The position numbers were made by a program, and so were the translations under genes. Below the pieces are notes generated by a model. It made no database searches and had not been told where the DNA came from. It saw nothing but the letters and a program-made list of their open reading frames with translations. 64,000 nucleotides of DNA. Origin: Aigarchaeota archaeon. GTDB lineage: Archaea; Thermoproteota; Nitrososphaeria_A; Caldarchaeales; Calditenuaceae. The number at the start of each line of letters is the position of its first letter. The stretch's first letter is position 1. Below, one piece after another: positions 1-10,013 of this stretch. The DNA is taken from contig JANXDH010000004.1 of assembly GCA_025059745.1 (NCBI GenBank), positions 533,646-597,645 on the forward strand, written 5' to 3'.

Positions 1-378
1 CAAGAGTCTGGCGATCGCCTCCGCGGCAGACCCCTCAGGCAGCTCAACGTACGCCATGTTACCGCCGAGTTCAGATGCGAGGGGAACTACCGCCGAGACC
101 ACCACGGCACCGCTTTGAATCCTGTCTCTGACGGCCTTGATGACCTCATATATTCCGGTGAAGGGCACGGCGACGATTATCACCTCTGCATCTGTAACCG
201 ACTCCTCGTTAAGCCCTCCCTTTATCGGCCGATCGATCATCGAGTTCAACTCCTCGACGACACTCCTCGCGCGCTCCCCGGACCTCGACCCGATACTGAC
301 TTCGTGTCCAGCAACCGCCAGCCGTGCAGCTAATCCCTTACCCAGACCCGCAGTCCCGCCCAGAATCGCTATCCTCAA
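1..378 (-). CDS. fno: F420H2:NADP+ oxidoreductase (Fno/NpdG), N-terminal ~125 aa; 3' end lies beyond the window edge
   Basis: Reverse-strand translation from a TTG at 376-378 reads LRIAILGGTAGLGKGLAARLAVAGHEVSIGSRS...VVSAVVPLASELGG. It is colinear with archaeal Fno (GGTGxLGxGLAxRLAxxGHxVxxGSR Rossmann N-terminus). It is absent from the ORF track because it runs off the window and starts with TTG. Confidence 0.7.
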   Translation of the reverse strand, partial: MRIAILGGTAGLGKGLAARLAVAGHEVSIGSRSGERARSVVEELNSMIDRPIKGGLNEESVTDAEVIIVAVPFTGIYEVIKAVRDRIQSGAVVVSAVVPLASELGGNMAYVELPEGSAAEAIARLL

Positions 379-503
379 TTGAACCCTCTCATAACGTCAA
401 AAGAGGACCGTAAAAAGGGTGATGACGGCTCTCTAAACTTTGTAAGATCCCGCAATAAAGGTCCTGAGGACGACGATCACTGGCCCTAGTCACACTCAAT
501 ATG

Positions 504-1172
504 TTAGCCACCCTCCGGCCTCTTTATGCCCAGTTGTTCTAGTATCCTGTTCACCTCATCATCTGTCAAACGCGATACGTCCACTGAACCCCTCATCCAC
601 GGGTGAGGTATACAGTGGTACCGGTAGAGACCTGGTGAGACGAAGGTGTACTTGTACTGCACCCCCTTCCCGAACAACCCTGAGTCGAACCTAAAATTAT
701 CATCGGTCACGGTGTGCGCTATATCGAGATCCTCGTTGTTGGTCCAAACGACGGTGTTGTTCACCTTTAGAACGACTCTGATATCTCTGGGAACGTAACT
801 GTCCGGTTGATTGGGGTTCCAAGACCCCGGGATTATGCTCACGTAGACTATTACGGGTGACTCGGCCGCGGGGGGCGGAGGGGGAGTGAGGAGGGTGAAG
901 GGGCCGTATCCCGTGATGGCGGAGTAGGTGAGGCCACCGAGGGAGACCGCCACGACAGCGCCGATTACCGCGACGTACTTGAACTCGAGGCTAGGGAGGC
1001 CACCTTTGAAGAGACCCCCAGAGAAGAGCATTGCACCGAATAGGACTACCAGTATCGACAGGGCCTGGAGCCCCTCCTCAAATGTCTTGGAGACTCCCGC
1101 ATAGGTCAGGAATACGCCCCCAGCCCCTATGAAGATGAGGAGAGCACCGAGCAGCGTCTGATTCTTGTCCAA
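504..1172 (-). CDS. membrane-anchored type-1 (blue) copper protein, sulfocyanin/plastocyanin-like cupredoxin
   Basis: N-terminal hydrophobic helices, a Pro-rich linker (TPPPPPAAESP), and a C-terminal cupredoxin domain with H...C-x2-H-x2-M ligands (YRYHCIPHPWM). Confidence 0.75.
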   Translation of the reverse strand: MDKNQTLLGALLIFIGAGGVFLTYAGVSKTFEEGLQALSILVVLFGAMLFSGGLFKGGLPSLEFKYVAVIGAVVAVSLGGLTYSAITGYGPFTLLTPPPPPAAESPVIVYVSIIPGSWNPNQPDSYVPRDIRVVLKVNNTVVWTNNEDLDIAHTVTDDNFRFDSGLFGKGVQYKYTFVSPGLYRYHCIPHPWMRGSVDVSRLTDDEVNRILEQLGIKRPEGG

Positions 1173-1273
1173 ATTGTTCGCACCAAAAACAAATTTCTCA
1201 TAACTTACTATTTAACCTTCACGATGGGTGAGCGGGCGAGAAATCACCTCTCCTATGAGTATCCCTCAGTCAT

Positions 1274-3442
1274 CTATGATATGTAGACCATGCTCTTCTT
1301 GAACTCCTTCATTATCTTCTCGTACTCCCTCCTCATCTCATCGGTTATGCTGGGTTTGACCTTCTCTAGGGCCGTCAAGAAGTGCCGCGCGGAGACCCTC
1401 GAGACGTCTATGTTCTCCCTCGCGGCCGTCAATGCAGCCTCCCTACAGACGGACTCTATGTCGGCGCCCGTGTAACCCTCCGTGAGGCGTGCCAAGTCCT
1501 CTAAACTCACATCGCTCTCCAGGGGCATCGCAGCCGTGTGTATCTTGAATATCTGTAACCTGGCCTCGTAGTCCGGCGGGGGCACGAATATGACCCTGTC
1601 AAACCTCCCGGGCCTCAGCAACGCTGGGTCGAGTATGTCCGGCCTGTTCGTCGCTCCCATGACGACCACTCCCCTGAGGGTCTGTATGCCGTCCATCTCG
1701 GTGAGGAGCTGGTTGACTATCCTGTCTGTGACGCCCGCGTCGCTGTGGGTACCTCTGCGTGGCGCGATCGAGTCCAGTTCATCGAAGAATATTATGCATG
1801 GCGCAGTCTCCCTGGCCTTCCTGAATATTTCGCGGACCGCCTTCTCAGACTCTCCCACCCACTTGCTGAGGACCTCGGGGCCCTTAACGCTGATGAAGTT
1901 AGCCTGACTCTCGGTGGCGACTGCCTTAGCGAGCAACGTCTTCCCAACGCCCGGCGGTCCGTACAACAGGATGCCTCGCGGCGGCCTTATTCCCAACCTC
2001 TTGAAGACGTGTGGGTATCTCATCGGCCACTCTACTGTCTCCTTCAACTGCTGCTTCACGTCCTCCAACCCGCCGATCATATCCCATTTGACGTTCGGTA
2101 TCTCTAAGATCACCTCCCTCAGTGCTGATGGCTGTACCGACTTGAGCGCCTCCGCGAAGTCCTCCCTCGTGACCTTCAGCTGCTCTAAAACGTCAGCCGG
2201 TATCACCTCTTTCTCGAGATCGATCTTAGGCAGGAACCTCCGTAGTGCGTTCATGGCGGCCTCCCTGCAGAGTGCGGCTATATCGGCGCCCGTGAAACCG
2301 TGGGTGATATCAGATAGCTCATCTAGGTTAACGTCTTTGTCAAGCGGCATCCTCCGTGTATGTATCTGCAGGATCTCCTTCCTGCCGTTCTTATCAGGCA
2401 CCCCCACCCTGATCTCCCTATCGAACCTCCCCGGTCTCCTAAGGGCGGGATCTATGGCCTCGATCCTGTTGGTTGCACCGATCACGACCACCTGGCCGCG
2501 GGACTTCAATCCATCCATCAGCGTTAGCAGCTGAGAGACCACGCGCCTCTCCACCTCACCCGTGACCTCGCCACGCTTCGGTGCGATCGCGTCAAGCTCA
2601 TCGATGAATATTATGCTAGGCGCCTTCTGTTCAGCCTCTTGGAAGACCTCCCTCAACCTAGCCTCGCTCTCACCGTAAAACTTACTCATTATCTCGGGGC
2701 CGTTTATAGTTATGAAGTATGCTCCGGTCTCGTTCGCGAGGGCCTTCGCGATGAGCGTCTTCCCGGTTCCGGGCGGCCCGTAGAGGATGACCCCCTTTGG
2801 AGGCTCAATCCCTAAATGCCTGAAGAGCTCTGGGTGCTTCATCGGTAGTTCGACCATCTCCCTAATCTTCTGAAGCTCCTCATGGAGGCCACCTATGTCC
2901 TCATAGGTGATGCCCATGACCTCTTCCGCGCGCTTCACCGGAGTCGAGCTGACCTCTATATTCGTGTTTTCAGTTATGATCACCATGTTCGCCGGAGAGG
3001 TCGAGATGACCTTCAGTTCAACACCCATCCCCAGTATCGGTATGATTACCACGTCACCTTTCGCCAAAGGGACGTTCAAGAGTTGACTCTTCACTATCCT
3101 GCTGAAATCGCCCACGAACGGAAGTTGCTCGAATGGCGCCATCACTACCTTGGTTGCGTTCTTTATGACGGCCTTCGTGATGGTGATGTAGTCGCCTACG
3201 TTTGCACCCGCGTTCCTCCTGATCTCGCTATCGATGCGAATCATGCCGAGTCCATCGTCCTCCTTGTATGGAGGCCACGCTATGGCCACCGTGCTCCGTT
3301 TGCCCACTATCTCTATCGCGTCTCCCGCAGTGAGCCCGAGCTCCTTATATGCGACACTATCGACCCGTGCGACCCTTCTCCCAACATCACGCTGTTTGGC
3401 CTCTGCTACGCGTAACTGAAACGTCTTTTTATCGTCCAACAT
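1274..3442 (-). CDS. cdc48: CDC48/VCP-like AAA+ ATPase (two AAA domains)
   Basis: 722 aa. Two Walker A motifs ([26 protein letters not shown]), two Walker B ([16 protein letters not shown]), and an N-terminal double-psi barrel region. Confidence 0.95.
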   Translation of the reverse strand: MLDDKKTFQLRVAEAKQRDVGRRVARVDSVAYKELGLTAGDAIEIVGKRSTVAIAWPPYKEDDGLGMIRIDSEIRRNAGANVGDYITITKAVIKNATKVVMAPFEQLPFVGDFSRIVKSQLLNVPLAKGDVVIIPILGMGVELKVISTSPANMVIITENTNIEVSSTPVKRAEEVMGITYEDIGGLHEELQKIREMVELPMKHPELFRHLGIEPPKGVILYGPPGTGKTLIAKALANETGAYFITINGPEIMSKFYGESEARLREVFQEAEQKAPSIIFIDELDAIAPKRGEVTGEVERRVVSQLLTLMDGLKSRGQVVVIGATNRIEAIDPALRRPGRFDREIRVGVPDKNGRKEILQIHTRRMPLDKDVNLDELSDITHGFTGADIAALCREAAMNALRRFLPKIDLEKEVIPADVLEQLKVTREDFAEALKSVQPSALREVILEIPNVKWDMIGGLEDVKQQLKETVEWPMRYPHVFKRLGIRPPRGILLYGPPGVGKTLLAKAVATESQANFISVKGPEVLSKWVGESEKAVREIFRKARETAPCIIFFDELDSIAPRRGTHSDAGVTDRIVNQLLTEMDGIQTLRGVVVMGATNRPDILDPALLRPGRFDRVIFVPPPDYEARLQIFKIHTAAMPLESDVSLEDLARLTEGYTGADIESVCREAALTAARENIDVSRVSARHFLTALEKVKPSITDEMRREYEKIMKEFKKSMVYIS

Positions 3443-3473
3443 TCCGTCCTGTACCCTATATCGACTCGGTTAC

Positions 3474-3489
3474 TTAAAAATATAAATTT
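3474..3489. promoter_or_regulatory. A/T-rich TATA-like element (ttaaaaatataaattt) in the divergent cdc48/mdh intergenic region
   Basis: It is the only strongly A/T-rich block in a 98-bp divergent intergenic region. It lies ~30 nt upstream of the cdc48 start codon on the minus strand, consistent with an archaeal TATA box and a leaderless transcript. Confidence 0.4.
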
Positions 3490-3539
3490 GATATGCGTTA
3501 AATCATAAAACCTATTTCAAGCGCCTGAGAGATAAATTC

Positions 3540-4490
3540 TTGTTCAAGGGAATGGTGCTGATATCCATAATCGGTAGTGGAAGGGTCGGAACCTCTGCAG
3601 CAGTACAGATGATCCTGAGGGAGCTGGGAGACTTGATGCTGATAGACGTGGTGAAGGGTTTACCGCAGGGCGAGGCCCTGGACCTCTCTCACATGGCCGC
3701 CATGAGAGGGATAGACGTTGAGGTGAGCGGGTCGAACGATTACAGGGACATCACTGGATCTGATGTGGTCGTGGTGACGGCGGGATTGGTGAGGAAACCA
3801 GATATGACCCGGCTCGATCTCTTGCAGAAGAACGCCAAGATCGTTGGGGAGGTCGCAATTAAGATCAGGGAGTACGCCCCTCGTTCCATCATCGTCCAAG
3901 TCACGAACCCCCTAGACGTCATGACCTATGTCGCACTGAAGACCTCTCAGTTTAGGCGTGAACGCGTTCTTGGATTCAGCGGTCTCCTAGACATAGGCAG
4001 ATACAGGTACTACCTCGCCAAAGCCTTGAACGTCTCTTACACCTCGATAGTGGCACCAATACTCGGTGAGCACGGTGACAGCATGGTACTCTTACCAGAG
4101 CATACCTGGGTTGGTGGTAGGCGGCTAACCGAGTTACTCGACAAGGCGAAACTGGCGGAGGTGATCGATATGACGAGAAGGGCCGGTGCCGAGGTCATAT
4201 CGCTGAAGGGATGGTCTGCGCATCACGCCCCGGGCGAGGGGATAGCCGAGATGGTGGACGCGATAGTGAAGGACAGGAAGATGGTGATCCCCTCCTCGAT
4301 ACTACTGGACGGCGAGTACGATGTGCGGGGAGTCTGTACTGTTGTCCCCGTCGTTTTAGGGAGGGAGGGCGCGGAGAGGGTCGTGGAGTTGGACCTGCCA
4401 GATGAGGCGAGAGCCTCTTTCCTGAGGAGCGTGGACGTCATCAGGAGAGCTCAGGCGGAGGTCGACAGTTTACTCCGGTCAGGCTTTTGA
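3540..4490 (+). CDS. mdh: malate dehydrogenase (LDH-like MDH family)
   Basis: IIGSGRVGTSAA dinucleotide-binding motif and LDH/MDH-family colinearity (VVVTAG..RKPDMTRLDLL, active-site region GEHGDS). The start could alternatively be ATG 3552. Confidence 0.9.
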   Translation: MFKGMVLISIIGSGRVGTSAAVQMILRELGDLMLIDVVKGLPQGEALDLSHMAAMRGIDVEVSGSNDYRDITGSDVVVVTAGLVRKPDMTRLDLLQKNAKIVGEVAIKIREYAPRSIIVQVTNPLDVMTYVALKTSQFRRERVLGFSGLLDIGRYRYYLAKALNVSYTSIVAPILGEHGDSMVLLPEHTWVGGRRLTELLDKAKLAEVIDMTRRAGAEVISLKGWSAHHAPGEGIAEMVDAIVKDRKMVIPSSILLDGEYDVRGVCTVVPVVLGREGAERVVELDLPDEARASFLRSVDVIRRAQAEVDSLLRSGF

Positions 4491-4548
4491 CCTCAGTCGT
4501 TCCTCAAGTCTCCATACGTGAAGTACATCAGGAGTACAGTATAAATAA

Positions 4549-5697
4549 TTGAAAGAGGTTGAAAGTGTGATGCTGCTGCTTCCTGGGCCCACCGATATAC
4601 CGGATGAGTCTTACCGGTCTATGACGAGGAGATTGATAAATCATAGGAGTAAGGAGTTCAGGGATTTTCATGAAGGTCTGTTGAAGAAGGTGAGAGAGGT
4701 ACTCGGCACTAGGTCGGATGTCTTCGTCCTCACCTGTTCGGGTACGGGAGGCGTGGAGGCCGCAGTGGCTAACGTCATTGACAGGGACGACAGGGTACTC
4801 GTGTTCAGGAACGGTCAGTTCGCTGAGCGCGTCGGCATCGCTGCAGAGTACTACTCTGACAACGTGATCTACCGCGATATGCCTTGGGGTACTGCGCCGA
4901 CATCAAGCTTTGTTAAGGAGGCACTAGACGAGGTGGGAGACGTAGACGTAGCGGTATTAGTGCACAACGAGACGTCCACTGGCGCTTTGACAACCGAACT
5001 AGGACGGATCGCGAGAGTATGTAAGGAGTCTGGCGCCTTCCTCATACTCGACGCTATAACCTCCATCGGCGGCGTCGACTTCAGGTTCGACAATCTAGAC
5101 GTCAGCGTGGTAGTGACCGCGACCCAGAAGTGTTTGGCGGGGCCCCCTGGTCTATCAGTGATCGGGGTCAAGGACTACGTATGGGAGAAGATATTGAGGA
5201 AGAAAAAGAGACCGTACTACTTCGACCTAATAACACACCGGGATTTCATGACGAAGTTGGAGACGCCATTCACCCCAGCGATCCCCCTCTTTTACTCTCT
5301 CGATGCCTCATTATCACAAGTCCTGAACCTCGGTATAGATCGTTGGGTTGACCGTCACAGGAAGGGCGCCAATGCCTTCTACGAGTCCGTATACAGGATG
5401 GGCTTGGAGGTTCTTCCTCCTCCGGAGTTCAGGTCACCAACCTTGATCGCCGTAAAGATGCCCGACGGCATAGTGGACCACGACGTTGCAGATTACATGG
5501 CGAAGAAGTTCGATGTCCACGTGGGTGTGGGTGTCTCTCGTACCAAAGGGAAGCTGATAAGGATCGGCAACATGGGACTCGTAACACCTGATAGGGTAAG
5601 GGAGGCCATTATCGCTCTATCTGAGTCTCTGAGACACCTAGGGTACAACTCCCCGAGGTTTGACGTCGACGAGTTGACGGGGCGGAACTTCAAGTAG
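4549..5697 (+). CDS. class V aminotransferase (serine-pyruvate / alanine-glyoxylate / aspartate aminotransferase family)
   Basis: LLPGPT N-terminal motif and a PLP-fold layout typical of AGXT-type class V aminotransferases. 382 aa. Confidence 0.75.
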   Translation: MKEVESVMLLLPGPTDIPDESYRSMTRRLINHRSKEFRDFHEGLLKKVREVLGTRSDVFVLTCSGTGGVEAAVANVIDRDDRVLVFRNGQFAERVGIAAEYYSDNVIYRDMPWGTAPTSSFVKEALDEVGDVDVAVLVHNETSTGALTTELGRIARVCKESGAFLILDAITSIGGVDFRFDNLDVSVVVTATQKCLAGPPGLSVIGVKDYVWEKILRKKKRPYYFDLITHRDFMTKLETPFTPAIPLFYSLDASLSQVLNLGIDRWVDRHRKGANAFYESVYRMGLEVLPPPEFRSPTLIAVKMPDGIVDHDVADYMAKKFDVHVGVGVSRTKGKLIRIGNMGLVTPDRVREAIIALSESLRHLGYNSPRFDVDELTGRNFK

Positions 5698-6595
5698 TTA
5701 GACCGAGCGCCTCTCTTGTCATTCTTACCAGCTCGGAGGGCCTCTGAGCGACTCTCACACCCGACCCTGACAGCCTCTTAATCTTGGACGCCGCGTCCCC
5801 CACACCCATCGAGATGATAGCGCCCGCGTGCCCCATCCTCTTACCCGGGGGTGCCGAGGTGCCCGCGATGAAGGCCAGAACCGGCTTATTGTAGTTAGTC
5901 CTCCTTATGTAATCAGCGGCCCTCTCCTCGGCATCTCCCCCGATCTCCCCTATCAGGATGACGCATGAGGTCTCATCATCGCCCCTGAACATGTCCAACA
6001 GCTGTACAAATTGAGTCCCCACCACGGGGTCTCCACCGATACCGACTGCGGTGCTCTGCCCTATCTTGGCGTTGGTCAGATTGAGCGCGACCTCGTATGT
6101 CAATGTGCCGCTTCGAGAGATTATGCCAACCGGCCCTTCACTGAACACGTTGGCCGGCATGATGCCGACCTTCGACTTGTTGGGTGATATCAGCCCTGGA
6201 CAATTGGGCCCAATTATGTTCACACCCTTGTAGCGGGCGTACTTCACGAACGCCATGGTCTCATGTATCGGAATGCCCTCGGTGATCACCACGACGGTCT
6301 TTATGCCGCTATCGATCGCCTCATAGACCGCATCAGGAGCGGACTTAGCGGGCACGAATATCGCGGAGGTATTGATCTCAGGGTGCCTCTCCACCGCTTC
6401 TCGTACGGAGTCATAGACCGGTACCCCATCAACCCTCTCGCCTCCCTTATTAGGTGTGACGCCCGCTAACACCTTGGTACCGTACCTCAACATCGCAGAG
6501 GTGTGAAACCTGCCCTCCTTTCCAGTTACACCCTGGACGACGACTCTCGTCTCTCTGTTAACTAATATAGCCAAACCCGACTTGGGTGATCTCAA
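5690..6595 (-). CDS. sucD: succinyl-CoA synthetase alpha subunit (CoA-binding, SucD family)
   Basis: VVVQGVTGKEGRFHTSAMLRYGTKVLAGVTPNKGG, the phospho-His region GHAGAII, and citrate-lyase/SucD-like C-terminus. 301 aa. No adjacent sucC is present. Confidence 0.9.
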   Translation of the reverse strand: MRSPKSGLAILVNRETRVVVQGVTGKEGRFHTSAMLRYGTKVLAGVTPNKGGERVDGVPVYDSVREAVERHPEINTSAIFVPAKSAPDAVYEAIDSGIKTVVVITEGIPIHETMAFVKYARYKGVNIIGPNCPGLISPNKSKVGIMPANVFSEGPVGIISRSGTLTYEVALNLTNAKIGQSTAVGIGGDPVVGTQFVQLLDMFRGDDETSCVILIGEIGGDAEERAADYIRRTNYNKPVLAFIAGTSAPPGKRMGHAGAIISMGVGDAASKIKRLSGSGVRVAQRPSELVRMTREALGLTT

Positions 6596-6690
6596 CTCAC
6601 ATATTAACCATATCTAACACCTCTAGGCGCCATCCGATAGAGGCGGTCGTTCATTCAGGAAAATTTTAATAATGGTCATTTACTGTTATA

Positions 6691-7017
6691 TTGGGTACTG
6701 TAGAAGTAATGGATGGTAGTTGCCCTGTCTGTGGGCTCCCGAAGAACATCTGCGTCTGCGCTACTATATCGTACGAGGCACAGCGGATAAAGGTGAAGCT
6801 GGAGACGAAGAAATGGAACCGTCCCACGACAGTCATAGAGGGACTGACGTCCTCACCGATAGACCTCTACCAGCTTGCTACCGACCTGAAGACGAAATGT
6901 GCGTGCGGTGGCGCGGTGAAGAACGGCCTCATCATCCTTCAGGGTGATCAACGCGAGAAGGTCGTGAAGACGCTCATAGAGATGGGACTGTCGAGGGAGA
7001 ACATCGAGGTAATCTGA
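6691..7017 (+). CDS. sui1: translation initiation factor aSUI1 (eIF1 homolog) with N-terminal zinc-ribbon
   Basis: CPVCGLPKNICVC Zn knuckle followed by the SUI1 domain (KKWNRPTTVIEGL...KTKCACGGAVKNG...ILQGDQR). Confidence 0.85.
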   Translation: MGTVEVMDGSCPVCGLPKNICVCATISYEAQRIKVKLETKKWNRPTTVIEGLTSSPIDLYQLATDLKTKCACGGAVKNGLIILQGDQREKVVKTLIEMGLSRENIEVI

Positions 7018-7030
7018 TCCCAGACACACA

Positions 7031-7435
7031 TCAACCGGATTTTTCTTTCCCGTCCTCCGTACCCTTTTGTGTCGTCTCAAGGGCAGAGACTAGGTCCTTT
7101 AATTTCGCGTTTATGGCGTCCCTTATGTCCTGTCTCGTCAATCCCTCCGTGCCTATGTTGAGCTCTCTCGCGACCTTCAGCAACCTCATGTCTTCTGATA
7201 GTTCGGTGACGCCCTGTACGCGCGCGCCCTCCTTGGCGAGTGGGGTATAACTCGTCGAGGTTGAAGGGGATATGTTGAACGATATCATCTTGTTGAATTC
7301 TGACTGGGCCTTGGCGAACTCAGACCTCACTCGTATGATCGCCTTGAAGAGCTCAGCTATGTTCTCAGGCTTCCATAATAACATCAGTAGTGATACTATC
7401 GCGATTATCGCCCACTCGACTCCTTCGACAGGCAA
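7031..7435 (-). CDS. tatA: Sec-independent (Tat) translocase subunit TatA/E-like
   Basis: N-terminal TM helix (AIIAIVSLLMLLW), then a KPENIAELFKAIIRVRSEF amphipathic helix resembling TatA FGPKKLPEL...; the tail is charged. The start may be internal. Confidence 0.55.
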   Translation of the reverse strand: MPVEGVEWAIIAIVSLLMLLWKPENIAELFKAIIRVRSEFAKAQSEFNKMISFNISPSTSTSYTPLAKEGARVQGVTELSEDMRLLKVARELNIGTEGLTRQDIRDAINAKLKDLVSALETTQKGTEDGKEKSG

Positions 7436-7445
7436 CCCTACCCCT

Positions 7446-8384
7446 CTATACCGTGCTCTGCGGTTGCTCTCCCTCGAGTATCTCCTTCAGGCCCTTGAAC
7501 CTGTTCCTGACTGTGACCTCCGTGACCCCTGCGGCGCGCGCGACGTCCTTCTGAGTGATGTTCTGGGTAGTCTCCTGACATGCCATATAGAGAGCGGCCG
7601 CGGCTATTCCTACGGGGTCCTTTCCTATGGTCGCACCCCTCCTAGTGGCCTCCTGGAGTAACCTGACGGCCTCCTGAACTGTCCTCTGATCGAGGTTCGC
7701 GCGCGAGGCTATCTTGCTCACGTAGATCGCCGGGTCGGCTATCGGCACCCTTATGTTCAGGTACTTCAGTAGCAACCTGTATCCCTGTGCTATCGTCTTC
7801 CTCTTCACGAGCGGATAGGCCCTCTCGAACTCCCTGAGGTCTCGGGGCATTCCGGACAACCTGCAAGCCGCGTACGCAGAGGCTGCCATGATACTCTTTA
7901 TAGACCTGCCCCGGACCAGCCCTGCCTTGAGAGCCTTCCTGTATATCGTCATGGCCATCTCCGCCACAGACTGAGGGAAGTGGAGCTTGTCGACGTAGAT
8001 CTCTAGTACGTTGGCGGCCTGCTGAAGGTTTCTGGTCTCGGAGGAGTTGACCTGCGAGGTCTGATCTAGCTTCTTGAGCCTGAGCATCTTCTCCCGCGCC
8101 TCCTTGGTCAGCTTCCTCCCCGTCGCGTCCTCATCGACCCTCTCTATCACCGTTGAGAGGCCGTGGTCCCTGTACATTATCGAGAGGGGTGCACCGACCC
8201 TGCTCCTGTCACCCTCCTCATCCTCCAGCTTCCTCCATTCAGGTCCCCTATCAACGTCCCTCTCCATCACCACATAACCGCACTCGGGACAGCTCACCTC
8301 ACCGGTCTTGGGGTCCGTGACTAGATTTTGGTTTCCACACTCTGGACATATACCCTCTGCTCTCCAGCTCTTCAAACCTCCCAC
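7446..8384 (-). CDS. tfb: transcription initiation factor TFB (TFIIB homolog)
   Basis: N-terminal Zn ribbon CPECG...CPECG, B-finger/linker, and two cyclin-fold repeats. 312 aa from GTG 8384. A TTG at 8375 would give a leaderless start relative to the TATA at 8396-8408. Confidence 0.95.
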   Translation of the reverse strand: MGGLKSWRAEGICPECGNQNLVTDPKTGEVSCPECGYVVMERDVDRGPEWRKLEDEEGDRSRVGAPLSIMYRDHGLSTVIERVDEDATGRKLTKEAREKMLRLKKLDQTSQVNSSETRNLQQAANVLEIYVDKLHFPQSVAEMAMTIYRKALKAGLVRGRSIKSIMAASAYAACRLSGMPRDLREFERAYPLVKRKTIAQGYRLLLKYLNIRVPIADPAIYVSKIASRANLDQRTVQEAVRLLQEATRRGATIGKDPVGIAAAALYMACQETTQNITQKDVARAAGVTEVTVRNRFKGLKEILEGEQPQSTV

Positions 8385-8395
8385 GATCCCACCTC

Positions 8396-8408
8396 AAAAT
8401 TTATATCC
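8396..8408 (-). promoter_or_regulatory. TATA-like box (minus-strand ggatataaatttt) upstream of tfb
   Basis: A/T-rich element 12-25 nt upstream of the annotated tfb GTG. A second TATA-like element (ggtttatatattac, minus strand ~8430-8445) is also present. Confidence 0.4.
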
Positions 8409-8477
8409 AAGCCAGTAAATCTTATGTATCGTAATATATAAACCCTTTCTCAATCAGATGAGAGCACCAATTCTTTA

Positions 8478-8490
8478 GGTTTTATATCAC
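8478..8490 (+). promoter_or_regulatory. TATA box (ggttttatatcac) for cysS
   Basis: Centred ~28 nt upstream of the cysS ATG at 8512, consistent with a leaderless mRNA. Confidence 0.5.
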
Positions 8491-8511
8491 TAAGGGGGAT
8501 GTGTCACGTAT

Positions 8512-9987
8512 ATGGTCCTGAGCGGAGAGGAGGCCCCGAGGATCCACATCTATAACTCGATGACGAGGAGAGAGGAACCTTTCGTGCCGATACGCGGGAA
8601 CCGGGTCAAGATGTTCGTCTGCGGCCCGACGGTGTACGACGACATGCACCTCGGCCACGCCCGGACCTATCTAGCTTACGACATCATCGCGAGGTTCCTC
8701 AGGCGCGCTGGGTATTCCCTATTTTACTTGATGAATATAACCGATGTAGACGACAAGATAATTCAACGTGCAAGCGAACTGAGGCGCGATCCGTTATCGG
8801 TGGCGCGGGAGTATGAGCGACGGTTCAGCGAGGACCTCGAGAGTTTAGGGATAACCTCGGTGAACCTCTTCGCGAGGGCCACTGAACACGTGGAAGAGAT
8901 GATAGAGCAGATATCTGTGCTCATCAAGAAGGGTTTCGCGTACGAAACTGAGACCGGGGTTTATTACGACGTGACCAAGTTCCCCCACTACGGCGAGCTG
9001 TCACATCAGGACCCATCCGAGTTGATCAAGCATAGAGTAGATCCCGATCCGACCAAGAGACACGTCCACGACTTCGCTCTCTGGAAGAAGAGGCCGAGGG
9101 AGGAGTTTGGATGGAACTCGCCTTGGGGTTATGGCAGACCTGGGTGGCACATAGAGGACACCGCTATCACGGTGACCTATTTCGGACCGACCTATGACAT
9201 TCACGGAGGCGCCATAGAGTTGATCTTCCCTCATCACGAGGCCGAGATAGCTCAGGCAGAGGCCTTCACTGGTGAGAGGCCGTTGGTCAAGTACTGGACC
9301 CACACGGGGCTGTTGACTGTAGACGGCGAGAAGATGTCCAAGTCCCTCGGAAACTTCATCACCGTGAGGGAGATCCTCTCTAGGTACGAACCTGGTGTCA
9401 TCAGGTTCTATCTCGCGTCCTCCCACTATAGGAGTCCCATAGACTTTAAAGAGGAAAACGTCGCCCAGGCCGAGCAGGCCCTCGAGTCGTTGCGCAACGC
9501 GATCGATAACCTCGAAACGATCGATGTCACGGAGAGTGTCGAGGATTCGGACCTCAAGTTCTTAGAGAAGGCGAGGGCCCATCGTGAGGAGTTTATGAGG
9601 TCGATGTGCTCTGACTTCAACACTCCCTCGGCCATCGCAGCGCTATTCGCCTTCGCATCGGAGATAAACAGGTTTCTGGAGAGAGAGGGGAGGCTGAACG
9701 CCAACGTAAAGAACGACGCGTTGGCAATCCTCCACGAGATGACCTCGATACTCGGCATCAAAAAGTACCGCCGGGTGACCGAACTCGAATTGACCGAACT
9801 CTATGACTTGATCAGGTTGCTAATAGACGTTAGGGACGCGTTGAGGAGGGAGAGAAAGTACGAGCTCGCCGACGAGATAAGGGGAAGGCTGGAGCAAATG
9901 GGAATCGAGCTAGAAGATACGGCAGGTGGTACCAGATGGCGAATCGCCGGAAGACCGAGTTCTAAAGACGACGATCGTAATTTATAA
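8512..9987 (+). CDS. cysS: cysteinyl-tRNA synthetase
   Basis: Class I HIGH (HLGHARTY) and KMSKS (KMSKSLGN) motifs. 491 aa, colinear with CysS. Confidence 0.95.
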   Translation: MVLSGEEAPRIHIYNSMTRREEPFVPIRGNRVKMFVCGPTVYDDMHLGHARTYLAYDIIARFLRRAGYSLFYLMNITDVDDKIIQRASELRRDPLSVAREYERRFSEDLESLGITSVNLFARATEHVEEMIEQISVLIKKGFAYETETGVYYDVTKFPHYGELSHQDPSELIKHRVDPDPTKRHVHDFALWKKRPREEFGWNSPWGYGRPGWHIEDTAITVTYFGPTYDIHGGAIELIFPHHEAEIAQAEAFTGERPLVKYWTHTGLLTVDGEKMSKSLGNFITVREILSRYEPGVIRFYLASSHYRSPIDFKEENVAQAEQALESLRNAIDNLETIDVTESVEDSDLKFLEKARAHREEFMRSMCSDFNTPSAIAALFAFASEINRFLEREGRLNANVKNDALAILHEMTSILGIKKYRRVTELELTELYDLIRLLIDVRDALRRERKYELADEIRGRLEQMGIELEDTAGGTRWRIAGRPSSKDDDRNL

Positions 9988-10013
9988 ATCGAGGAGAAGA
10001 GTGATCAAAGGAG

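Noticed and set aside
1290-3419. Several ORFs (1290-1475, 1590-1907, 1745-2107, 1914-2534, 2882-3415, 3234-3419) on the plus strand inside cdc48
   Set aside because: These are antisense shadow ORFs within a strongly supported 722-aa AAA+ ATPase gene. Their translations are low-complexity with no motifs.
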